Shown: positions 1 through 7,411 of the stretch, piece by piece | How the letters are laid out: every line of letters starts with the position of its first letter | Numbering within the stretch: the first letter of the stretch is position 1 | Source: Candidatus Micrarchaeia archaeon | GTDB taxonomy: Archaea; Micrarchaeota; Micrarchaeia; Micrarchaeales; Micrarchaeaceae | Direction: 5' to 3' | Length of the DNA: 24,000 nt | NCBI GenBank assembly: GCA_049964795.1 | Contig: JBMFWY010000001.1 | Location: forward strand, 26,751-50,750 | Notes under the pieces: generated by a model | Told to the model about the DNA's origin: nothing | Database searches by the model: none | The model's input: only the letters and a program-made list of their open reading frames with translations | Made by a program: the position numbers and the translations under genes

Positions 1-112
1 CCGAATCCAGCTACAATAATACAGATTTGGGAGGAAACATATGCTCTGCAAGCCAGAACTGCAAGTGGATCTCCGCCTCAAAGGCTACATGCTAGAGGAT
101 TGTGCTACTGCA

Positions 113-1159
113 CTATTTGACTTCCATGGCGATTGCAAGCCTCTTCATTGCGCTGAGCTTCTCCCTATTTTCAATGCGTGCGCTGTCCAGTATGTCTCTC
201 ATGCCAGCTATCAAATTGTCGTAGCTTTCCTTGTTTATCCTAAAGGGTATACCGTCCTTGCCCCCAACGTTATAAGCGTATGCAACAGGATCGCGGTAGG
301 CAAGCTCCTTTCCAAATATAAGAGAAGAGACGAAAGCAAGGGAGCGAAGAGTTTTTCTTCCGATCCCCTTTGAGAGAAGGAGCTCTTTATAGTCTTTCGG
401 ATTCAGCTCTGAAGCATTCTTTACCGCTTCTATTCCTCTTTTTCCCAGGTCTATCTGCGGTATTATAGTGTGCCTATTGGGATATGAAACTATGCGTACG
501 AGTTCCCCAAGCGCGTCTGTCAAAGACAACCTTGCCTCGGCGTTGACAGAATAGGTAAGATCGAGGCTTTGCTGGCCGCCCGGTGCGGCTATTGCGGAAT
601 TGAATTCGTTGGCGATATCTTTCGCGTCAAGCAGCTCTGAATAAACTTGAAACCTTATCGCAAGACTTCTTGGAGCCTGCATTGCCTGCTGCACAACAAC
701 CCATTTTCCGTTCTTAGAAAAAGAGAAGGTATGATGGTATATACTTATATCGTCATACACCATAGACGAATCTATCTTTGCGGCAAGGCGGCTGGCTTCT
801 GCGAATTTTTTGTCCATGGCAGGAATCGAGAGCTTGTCTACTCCTTGGATTATATCTTCTGGCGTGCGAAGGCCTGTCTTTCCTTTGCCTCCTGCTATAA
901 AGATCTCTCCACTTTCGTTAAGCGCTTCTTTCATCGCCGCCATTGTTACTGTAGTAGTTCCGCTGCTGTGCCAGTCATAGCCTATAGTGCACGAAAGAGC
1001 CTGCAGCCAATTTGGGTCTGCAAGGCGGCGAAGCAGATCGTCAGGCCCGAATTCATCCAGTATTACTTCACCTATCGCTCCTGCAAGCTTTACCATTCGC
1101 GCATAAAGCCACCTGGGCGCCTGCCCGCCATGAAGAGGCAAATATGTGATGCTTTGCAT
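113..1159 (-). CDS. DUF763-family conserved protein (function unknown)
   Basis: 348-aa ORF. The N-terminal LPLHGGQAPRWLYARMVKLAG...DPNWLQALSCTIGYDWHSSGTTT matches the DUF763 signature as I recall it. The overlapping + strand ORFs (41..373, 647..1216) look like shadow ORFs. Confidence 0.55.
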   Translation of the reverse strand: MQSITYLPLHGGQAPRWLYARMVKLAGAIGEVILDEFGPDDLLRRLADPNWLQALSCTIGYDWHSSGTTTVTMAAMKEALNESGEIFIAGGKGKTGLRTPEDIIQGVDKLSIPAMDKKFAEASRLAAKIDSSMVYDDISIYHHTFSFSKNGKWVVVQQAMQAPRSLAIRFQVYSELLDAKDIANEFNSAIAAPGGQQSLDLTYSVNAEARLSLTDALGELVRIVSYPNRHTIIPQIDLGKRGIEAVKNASELNPKDYKELLLSKGIGRKTLRSLAFVSSLIFGKELAYRDPVAYAYNVGGKDGIPFRINKESYDNLIAGMRDILDSARIENREKLSAMKRLAIAMEVK

Positions 1160-1267
1160 AATTACAGCTTGCAGGATAAAGCTATTTCTTGCTTTTGCTT
1201 GTGCGCGGCTAGATGATGTGAATATGAAAATTTGGCAATGTTTTTATTTGTTGCGTGACAAATCAAA

Positions 1268-1621
1268 ATGTTGGAGCGTGAGGGTAGGGCCATGGTTTAC
1301 GCTACTGTGGATAGCATAAGCAAAAAGTCAGGCAAACATTACCTTGAAGAGGCGCTGATGAGAGTAGATGCTGGTAATTCCGACATATTTTTAACGGAAC
1401 ACGCTGCCGTGATGATGCAGCGAAGGGAGATAAATGACAGGGCGCTGGAAGACGTAGTATATAACTATGAAGATGCGCGGGAAAGCAAAAAAGAGCCAGG
1501 CGTCATAGAGCTTACTTCTTTTGAAGGAGGAAGAAAGGTAGAGGTAGTGTGCGTTGTAGAAAAGTACAAAGAAACAAGCAAGTATAGGATAAAAGTTATA
1601 ACAGTGCACCTACAGGAATAG
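1268..1621 (+). CDS. DUF4258-like small protein (BECR-fold toxin-like), paralog 1
   Basis: 117 aa. Core IFLTEHAAVMMQRREI...RKVEVVCVV...YRIKVITVH parallels the neighbouring ORF and the DUF4258 pattern (T-x-HA-x3-R ... hydrophobic strand ... ITV). TATA-like TTTTTATTT at 1241-1249 lies about 25 nt upstream, which fits a leaderless start at 1268. An alternative ATG is at 1292. Confidence 0.5.
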   Translation: MLEREGRAMVYATVDSISKKSGKHYLEEALMRVDAGNSDIFLTEHAAVMMQRREINDRALEDVVYNYEDARESKKEPGVIELTSFEGGRKVEVVCVVEKYKETSKYRIKVITVHLQE

Positions 1622-1738
1622 CAATCAATCGTTGGTTTTTCTCTGTTTCTTTTTGAAAAGGCAAACGAAGAGGCGCTAGCTTTGCTGTGAATCCAAAAAA
1701 TAATAAATATCTGAATGGTTTAAAAAGAAGCGAGAGGC

Positions 1739-2035
1739 ATGTCAAACTTGAATAAGATAAGGGTTTTACAGCCTAAGATAGCGGAAGGCACTTCTATCAC
1801 TTTCACAGAGCACGCGCAGCTAAGGTGCATAGAAAGAGGGGTAAGCATTGATGAGGTCAACAAGGTATTGAGAATGCCAGAAAAAACGTTCATAGACAAT
1901 TCAGGGGCATTTGAAAGCGTAGCGCATGTAGGAGCTAGAAGGGTAGGGGTAATTTTTAAGGGCAAAGAAAACAAAATAGTGATCATAACGGTCATTGCAC
2001 AGCATCCTAATTTGCTAAGGGGGAATGAGAAATAG
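1739..2035 (+). CDS. DUF4258-like small protein (BECR-fold toxin-like), paralog 2
   Basis: 98 aa. ITFTEHAQLRCIERGVSIDEV...RRVGVIFKGKENKIVIITVI is a good by-eye match to the DUF4258 consensus. AT-rich TATA-like AATAAATAT lies about 35 nt upstream. Confidence 0.55.
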   Translation: MSNLNKIRVLQPKIAEGTSITFTEHAQLRCIERGVSIDEVNKVLRMPEKTFIDNSGAFESVAHVGARRVGVIFKGKENKIVIITVIAQHPNLLRGNEK

Positions 2036-2176
2036 CGTGTGCCAACAAGCCCGTGTTTTGCGGCGCCTTGAATTTAAACTTCAAAATAGGCATGAAGCAA
2101 GTATTATAAAGGTTTTTGTGCTAATAACCACTGCTGATTTTCCCGCAATTACTGCAAATTGCAGGAGGGATTTGCT

Positions 2177-2809
2177 ATGGAAAAAGAGATGTTTGACAAG
2201 CTTGAAAAGCTTTTGCAAGAAGGCAAAGGAAAGCGCAAGTTCGTACAGAGCGTGGAGCTTGCGATAAATTTCAAAGGAGTAGATTTTTCAAAGCAGGAAA
2301 ACAGGCTTAATACCGAAGTAATACTTCCAAACGGCAAAGGCAGTGAAAGCAAAGTAATAGTATTTGCGGACGACCAAAATCTGATAGGCACGGTAGGCAG
2401 ATTGGGAGGCAAGGTAATAAGGGAAGCAGAGATCCCCAAAGTTTCAAACGACAAGGCAGCGCTGCGAGAGATGCTTGAAAGCGAGCTACTTGCCCAGCCT
2501 AGCCTTATGCCAATCATAGCAAAGAATTTAGGTCAGTTCCTTGGACCGAGAAATAAGATGCCTAAGCCCATAATAGGAGGGGACGTCGAGAGAATTATTA
2601 AAAATGCGATAGGCTCGATATATTTGAGAAGCAAGGGAAAGTACCTTCCGACTGTGCACTGCATAGTAGGCAAGGAAACCATGGAGCTGCAGAAGCTTGC
2701 GGAAAACATTGATGCTGTATTAAACGCGCTGGCAAAAAAGCCGGGCAAACAATATGTAAAGTCGATATATGCAAAGCTTACCATGAGCGAGCCAGTAAGG
2801 CTAGCCTGA
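2177..2809 (+). CDS. rpl1: 50S ribosomal protein L1 (uL1)
   Basis: Typical uL1 sequence (KRKFVQSVELAINFKGVDFSKQENRLNTEVILPNGKG...). The ORF track starts at 2159, but the ATG at 2177 is preceded by GGAGGG (2164-2169) at 7-nt spacing. Gene order L1-P0-P1 is the conserved archaeal stalk operon. Confidence 0.9.
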   Translation: MEKEMFDKLEKLLQEGKGKRKFVQSVELAINFKGVDFSKQENRLNTEVILPNGKGSESKVIVFADDQNLIGTVGRLGGKVIREAEIPKVSNDKAALREMLESELLAQPSLMPIIAKNLGQFLGPRNKMPKPIIGGDVERIIKNAIGSIYLRSKGKYLPTVHCIVGKETMELQKLAENIDAVLNALAKKPGKQYVKSIYAKLTMSEPVRLA

Positions 2810-2821
2810 AGGTGAAATGCA

Positions 2822-3655
2822 ATGCTTACAAGGCAACAGAAAATAGAGTTTGTAAACAAGGCTTCCGAAGAGCTTAAGAATTATAAGACCGTTGGAGTAG
2901 TTTCGCTCAACGCAGTTCCAGACAGGCTGCTCCAGAGAGTAAGAAATACGCTGAAAGGGGAAGGCAGGTTTATACTTGGAAGGAAAACTGCGCTTCAAAG
3001 AATTCTTGAAAGCAATGAGCATACGAAAAGGCTTGCAAAAGAGCTCACAGGAACAAGCGCGATAGTGCTCACGAATAAAGATCCTTTTGAACTTTATGAA
3101 ATGTTCAAAAGCAATGCCATAAAGCTTGCGGCAAAGCCGAAGCAGGTGGCAAATGAAGACATAAAAATAAATGAAGGAGAAACGTCGCTGCAGCCAGGTC
3201 AGGCAGTGACAGAGCTTAAGAAAGCAGGCATAGACGTGCAGATGCAAAAGGGCAAGGTAGTAATAGCAAAAAGCAAGGTGCTGGTAAGCAAGGGAAGCGC
3301 AATAAGCACCGCAGTGGCCAATGCATTGCATATTCTTGGCATAACCCCTTTCACTGCCATGCTTGAGCCCAGGGTTATAGAAAGCCAGGGGGTAATATAC
3401 ACTAATGAAGTTTTCAAGATAACAAGAGAGGGCGTGCTTTCGGATATAATAGCAACATTTTCAAAGGCGAGGGCGGTTGCGCTGCAGCTTAACATAGCTA
3501 CGCCGTATACAATAGCCGAGATGATAGCAAAAGCTTACAGAAATGCGGTTGCGCTTGGATTGGAAGCGAAGGCTTATGATACAGGCATAGTGGAAAAGTT
3601 GATATCAAAAGCAGTTGGAGAAGCTGCATCTCTTGGCGCTTCACAAGCGCAGTAG
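2822..3655 (+). CDS. rplP0: 50S ribosomal stalk protein uL10 / P0 (short form, no acidic C-terminal tail)
   Basis: N-terminal QKIEFVNKASEELKNYKTVGVVSLNAVPDRLLQRVRNTL and the archaeal domain-II insert (GETSLQPGQAVTELKKAGIDVQMQKGKVVI) are P0-like. SD AAGGTGA lies 6 nt upstream. The position between L1 and P1 agrees. Confidence 0.85.
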   Translation: MLTRQQKIEFVNKASEELKNYKTVGVVSLNAVPDRLLQRVRNTLKGEGRFILGRKTALQRILESNEHTKRLAKELTGTSAIVLTNKDPFELYEMFKSNAIKLAAKPKQVANEDIKINEGETSLQPGQAVTELKKAGIDVQMQKGKVVIAKSKVLVSKGSAISTAVANALHILGITPFTAMLEPRVIESQGVIYTNEVFKITREGVLSDIIATFSKARAVALQLNIATPYTIAEMIAKAYRNAVALGLEAKAYDTGIVEKLISKAVGEAASLGASQAQ

Positions 3656-3695
3656 TTGCATGTTATGCGTGAAAAATGCTAAAAGGTGAAATGGA

Positions 3696-4010
3696 ATGGA
3701 ATATGTGTACGCTGCTTTGCTGCTGAGCGAAGCAGGCAAGGAGATAAATGAGAAAAGCCTTATGGAGGTAGTGAAAGCGGCGGGATTTGAACCTGACGAA
3801 GCCAGGGCAAAAGCGATCGTTGCATCGCTCAAAGGGGTAGACATAAAGGATGTGATAAAGAATGCCCAGGCGCAGGCGGTAGCCGCACCGGTTGCTGCTG
3901 CAGCGCCTCAGAAGGCCGACGAAAAGGCACAGCAAAAGCCGAAGGAAGAGAAGAAGGATGAAAAGAAAGAGGAAGAGGCAGCTGAAGGGCTTGCAAGCCT
4001 ATTCGGTTGA
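3696..4010 (+). CDS. rpl12: 50S ribosomal stalk protein P1 (L12e)
   Basis: [19 protein letters not shown]... dimerisation domain, an Ala/Pro hinge, a KE-rich region and the canonical tail [23 protein letters not shown] lies upstream. Confidence 0.92.
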   Translation: MEYVYAALLLSEAGKEINEKSLMEVVKAAGFEPDEARAKAIVASLKGVDIKDVIKNAQAQAVAAPVAAAAPQKADEKAQQKPKEEKKDEKKEEEAAEGLASLFG

Positions 4011-4013
4011 AGC

Positions 4014-4028
4014 TTTCTTTTGATTTTG
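4014..4028 (+). terminator. T-rich tract after the stalk operon (candidate archaeal oligo-T terminator)
   Basis: TTTCTTTTGATTTTG lies immediately after the P1 stop codon. Archaeal RNAP terminates at oligo-T runs. Confidence 0.35.
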
Positions 4029-4045
4029 CCTAAAAGCGCTTCCGT

Positions 4046-4708
4046 ATGGCTATTGATGCAGCCTCCAGAAAGGTAGTAATGCCCGGGGATGTACTGGGCA
4101 TGGAAGAGGAATACTTAGCGGAGCGCAACGCCTATTCCGAAAACGGCAATGTTTACGCTGCCGTCTTTGGCGAGGCGGAATTTGAAAGCGGCAAGGCAAA
4201 AGTTAAGAGCTTCGGAAGGGAGATAAAGAAGATTGAAAGAGGCATGCCGGTGCTTGGCGTAGTGGTAAGCGATATAGGTAGGGTCCTTTTCGTAAAGATA
4301 GACGAGATGCAGATGGACAAAACTCTCTACGTGCCATCAAACGATGGCAAAATAGTAAAAGAAGAAGGCAGGCAAAGACACGGCTTCGGCGGCAGGGGCA
4401 GAATGCATGCAAGGCATGACGAAGCGCTTTGCAAAGAAGGCGATGTCATACTAGCAAGGGTAGCGAGGATGGAAAATGACATGTACGAGCTTGATATGCG
4501 CGAGCCAGAAACTGGAATAATATATGCAAGGTGCACGAACTGCGGCGCTGATTTGAAGTACAAGGAGGATATGCGTGCGCTTTTCTGCGATACGTGCAAG
4601 CGGGCAGAGCATGGCAAGATAAGCACGTTATATGGAAAACCAGACATGATAAAAAGCTTCCTTGAGAAGCAATTACTAGGAAGGGAGCAGAAAATAGAAG
4701 AAAGATGA
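4046..4708 (+). CDS. csl4: Exosome RNA-binding subunit Csl4-like (N-terminal domain + S1 + C-terminal zinc ribbon)
   Basis: VVMPGDVLGMEEEYLAERNAYSENGNVYAAVFG N-terminus, an S1-like core (GDVILARVARMEND) and a CxxC...CxxC ribbon (CTNCG...CDTCK). Adjacency to rpoL and DUF99 is the known archaeal exosome-neighbourhood pattern. Confidence 0.7.
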   Translation: MAIDAASRKVVMPGDVLGMEEEYLAERNAYSENGNVYAAVFGEAEFESGKAKVKSFGREIKKIERGMPVLGVVVSDIGRVLFVKIDEMQMDKTLYVPSNDGKIVKEEGRQRHGFGGRGRMHARHDEALCKEGDVILARVARMENDMYELDMREPETGIIYARCTNCGADLKYKEDMRALFCDTCKRAEHGKISTLYGKPDMIKSFLEKQLLGREQKIEER

Positions 4709-4712
4709 TACC

Positions 4713-4985
4713 ATGAAGCTTAATATAAAAAAAGATGAGAGCAAGGAACTCGAGATAGAGTTTGATACAGGCGATCTCACTCTTCCAGACCTTTTGGCCG
4801 CAGAGCTGGGTAAAAATGGCGATGTCGTTTTCGCAGGAGTCTACAAGGATCACCCAGAAATAGGCAAGCCACTGCTCGTATTGAAAACAGATAAGAAAAA
4901 GGCCAAAGACGTACTTGCTAAAACGCTTGATGGAATGGAGGAGCAGTTTGAAAAGATTAAGGACATGCTGCAGAAGAGCAAATGA
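4713..4985 (+). CDS. rpoL: DNA-directed RNA polymerase subunit L (Rpo11)
   Basis: 90 aa. KELEIEFDTGDLTLPDLLAAELGKNGDVVFAGVYKDHPEIGKPLLVLKTD matches the RpoL/Rpb11 pattern. Confidence 0.78.
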   Translation: MKLNIKKDESKELEIEFDTGDLTLPDLLAAELGKNGDVVFAGVYKDHPEIGKPLLVLKTDKKKAKDVLAKTLDGMEEQFEKIKDMLQKSK

Positions 4986-5584
4986 CCGCGATCGATAATT
5001 TTTCAAATTCCAGCACTGATTCTTACAGTATTAAAAAAGGTGTGAGGATACTCGCCATTGCTTCCGGCCCCGTAGAAGGAAAAAGGAGCACCATTGCAAT
5101 CGGGGTAATCCAGAATGGAAATAACATAGAGGGGATCCTTTCCACGAGAATTGCGGTGGATGGAGATGATGCTTCAGCGAAAATTGCAAAGATGGTCTTA
5201 AAATCAAAATTTGCGAGGCAGATAAGGATTGTTGCTTTTGACGGAGCGGCCATTGCAGGGCTGAATATTATTGACACCGAGTGCCTAAGAAAGAAACTAG
5301 GCGTGCACGTACTTTTCGCTACAAGGCACAAGCCAAGAAAGGAGGCGCTGAAAAATGCGATAAAGGCTTTTGGCAAGGCAGAAGGCAAGAGTACAAAACG
5401 CAAGCTTGAAGCTTATGAAAAACTCCGGTTTCTTAATGATTTCCAACTCGCAGGGTTCCGTGTGCTGTCCAGCATGAACGAGAGCTCTGCAAGATTGGTA
5501 GCTGAAAGCACAATTGGCGCATTGAGGCTTGCACACATGATTGCAAGAGGCATATCCACAGGAGAATCAAAAGGCAGGATATAA
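4982..5584 (+). CDS. DUF99 / UPF0215 family protein (EndoV-like fold)
   Basis: KKGVRILAIASGP...IAIGVIQNGNNIEGILSTRIAVDGDDAS...IRIVAFDGAAIAGLNIID matches the DUF99 pattern. Its start overlaps the rpoL stop (ATGA). Confidence 0.7.
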   Translation: MTAIDNFSNSSTDSYSIKKGVRILAIASGPVEGKRSTIAIGVIQNGNNIEGILSTRIAVDGDDASAKIAKMVLKSKFARQIRIVAFDGAAIAGLNIIDTECLRKKLGVHVLFATRHKPRKEALKNAIKAFGKAEGKSTKRKLEAYEKLRFLNDFQLAGFRVLSSMNESSARLVAESTIGALRLAHMIARGISTGESKGRI

Positions 5585-5625
5585 TGAATTAGGAAAGGCG
5601 TATATTTGTTGCCTCGCAAATTGTA

Positions 5626-5901
5626 ATGAAAGGGATTAAAAATGGTGGTAAAATGTATGAAGAAAACAAGGATTTGGATGCAAAGACCAAGGACCTTAGC
5701 AGGGCGCGGCAATCCCTCATTGAAGAGCTGCAGGCAATGATGTGGTACGATGAAAGGATAAGCGCGACAAAAGACAAGAGTTTGGCAAAGGTGCTCGCTT
5801 ACAATCGTGACGACGAGAAAGAACATGCTTCCCTGCTGCTCGCATGGCTTATAAAACATGACAATGCGCTTAAGGAAGAGATGAAAAAAGCAGGAGTATA
5901 A
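5626..5901 (+). CDS. Encapsulated-ferritin-like (EncFtn family) ferroxidase, standalone
   Basis: IEELQAMMWYDERISATKDKSLAKVLAYNRDDEKEHASLLLAWLIKHD closely parallels the EncFtn core (EELEAVDWYDQR...LAHNRDEEKEHAAMTLEWLRR). The Glu / Tyr / ExxH ferroxidase residues are present. An alternative start is at 5653 (MYEENK), preceded by GGTGG. Confidence 0.75.
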   Translation: MKGIKNGGKMYEENKDLDAKTKDLSRARQSLIEELQAMMWYDERISATKDKSLAKVLAYNRDDEKEHASLLLAWLIKHDNALKEEMKKAGV

Positions 5902-5920
5902 TCCTTTGATTTACTTTGCT

Positions 5921-5930
5921 AAATTTTTTT
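5921..5930 (+). terminator. Oligo-T tract (T7) after the EncFtn gene
   Basis: AAATTTTTTT lies 20 nt after the stop codon, followed by a very AT-rich spacer. Confidence 0.4.
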
Positions 5931-6028
5931 ATGTGAATGCCATAAATACCTTTTTCTTCCAATATAGTTTATATTTAATCTAGTTTTAAATAAAACTATC
6001 GCGTTAAATTTAGGTTGGGGTAAGGCAG

Positions 6029-6406
6029 ATGAAAAGAAGCGGTTCAGAGGCGATAAAAAAGAGGCATTGGCTCGGATATATGAGCAGGGATATGCAGCGC
6101 ACCATGATAAAGATAATAATAATGGTAAAGCTGAAGGAAAAAGGGGAAATGTACGCTTATGAGATACTTAAGGACATGGAGAAGATTAAGCATCCCTTCA
6201 TAAAGGGCAACCCTCAGATCAAAAATGAGGTATATAACACTTTAAAGTCCTTGACGGAGGCGGGGTACATAAAGGAGAAGGTCAAGATGAAGGAAAGGCG
6301 TGTCAAGGTATACTATGAGCTTACTGATGAAGGCGCAAGCGTCCTGAAGTCGACGAGAGCTTTGATTAGGGATACTGCAAGGAGCATGTCGAGGATACTT
6401 AGCTGA
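6029..6406 (+). CDS. PadR-family winged-helix transcriptional regulator
   Basis: 125 aa. IIIMVKLKEKGEMYAYEILKDME...VYNTLKSLTEAGYIKEKVKMKERRVKVYYELTDEG fits the PadR wHTH pattern. Its stop overlaps the start of the ABC ATPase (TGATG). Confidence 0.7.
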   Translation: MKRSGSEAIKKRHWLGYMSRDMQRTMIKIIIMVKLKEKGEMYAYEILKDMEKIKHPFIKGNPQIKNEVYNTLKSLTEAGYIKEKVKMKERRVKVYYELTDEGASVLKSTRALIRDTARSMSRILS

Positions 6407-7407
6407 TGGTTATGGAGGACATTGTAGAGATAAAGGGCTTGGTTAAAAAATTTGGCGAGAAGGCGGCGGTAAACGGCATAGACTTTAAGATAAAAGAAAA
6501 GGAAATTTTTGGCATTCTTGGACCAAATGGTGCAGGCAAGACAACTACAATCAACCTTATCCTTGGCATACTTAAACCAACTGCAGGCACGATAAAGGTT
6601 GCTGGACTTGAAGTCTCAAGGCACGAAGAAGAGATAAAAAGCATGATAGGCTTCATGACTCAAGAGACGCTTGTGGAAGCGGACCTCACCGCCCAACAGA
6701 ATTTGGAGCTCTTTTGCGAATTATACCATGTCGATAAGGAAGAGGTAAAAGGCAGGGTAGATTCGGCGTTGAAGGATGCAGGATTGGAGAACGTAGCGAA
6801 CCAGAAAGCGGGCACCTTTTCAGGAGGAATGCAAAGAAGGCTTGCATTGGTAAGGTCCATGATGCACAACCCAAAGATATTGATACTTGACGAGCCGACA
6901 ACAGGGCTAGACGTGCAGAACAGGGTAGAGATGTGGAGAAGAATAAGGAAACTTCAGGAAAAAGGGGTTACAATTATACTTACGACGCAGTATCTTGAGG
7001 AGGCGGATGATCTTTGCGACAGGATCGCAATAATAGACCATGGGGAAATAAAGGCACAGGGCACTCCAGCGGAATTGAAATCGGCTATAGGAAAAGGGAA
7101 TATAATCGAGATATTATCAAATTCGAAAGATGCCCCGAAAATAGCAGAGATGCTCAGGTCAAAGTTTAAGATGCAGGCAAGTGTGGTTGGCGATAAGGTA
7201 AGCGCACCCTTGCTTGAAAAAGGAGTCAAAAGATTCAATGAGATAGTAGCAGAAATATCAAAAGAGGATTATGCCGTATTCTCAATTGGCATGCACCTCC
7301 CTACTTTGGATGATGTTTTCATAAAATTGACCGGATCAAGCCTCAGGGATAGCGTAGGGGAAAATACCTCTAGCGATGCCAGAGCGCGCATGATGACAAG
7401 AAGGTAA
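6406..7407 (+). CDS. ABC transporter ATP-binding protein (ABC-2 / DrrA-like)
   Basis: Walker A GPNGAGKTT, signature FSGGMQRRL, Walker B ILILDEPTTGLD and an H-loop region TTQYLEEAD. It also has a C-terminal accessory domain. Confidence 0.92.
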   Translation: MVMEDIVEIKGLVKKFGEKAAVNGIDFKIKEKEIFGILGPNGAGKTTTINLILGILKPTAGTIKVAGLEVSRHEEEIKSMIGFMTQETLVEADLTAQQNLELFCELYHVDKEEVKGRVDSALKDAGLENVANQKAGTFSGGMQRRLALVRSMMHNPKILILDEPTTGLDVQNRVEMWRRIRKLQEKGVTIILTTQYLEEADDLCDRIAIIDHGEIKAQGTPAELKSAIGKGNIIEILSNSKDAPKIAEMLRSKFKMQASVVGDKVSAPLLEKGVKRFNEIVAEISKEDYAVFSIGMHLPTLDDVFIKLTGSSLRDSVGENTSSDARARMMTRR

Positions 7408-7411
7408 TCGC

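Noticed and set aside
41-1216. Plus-strand ORFs 41..373 and 647..1216 opposite the DUF763 gene.
   Set aside because: They are shadow ORFs antisense to a well-conserved protein. Their sequences are Cys/His/Arg-rich with no recognisable motif.
2150-2217. A small hairpin CTGCA-AAT-TGCAG just upstream of the L1 SD, and a near-palindrome CTTGAAAAGCTTTTGCAAG early in the L1 coding region, considered as a possible L1 autoregulatory mRNA site.
   Set aside because: I cannot match either to the conserved L1-binding asymmetric loop of 23S helix 77/78 from memory. The second element is dominated by the AAGCTT (Lys-Leu) codon pairs that are common throughout this window.
2025-2517. ORFs 2025..2267(+) and 2149..2517(-) around the L1 start.
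   Set aside because: They overlap the L1 leader and coding region in other frames or on the other strand. L1 is unambiguous, so they are most likely non-coding.
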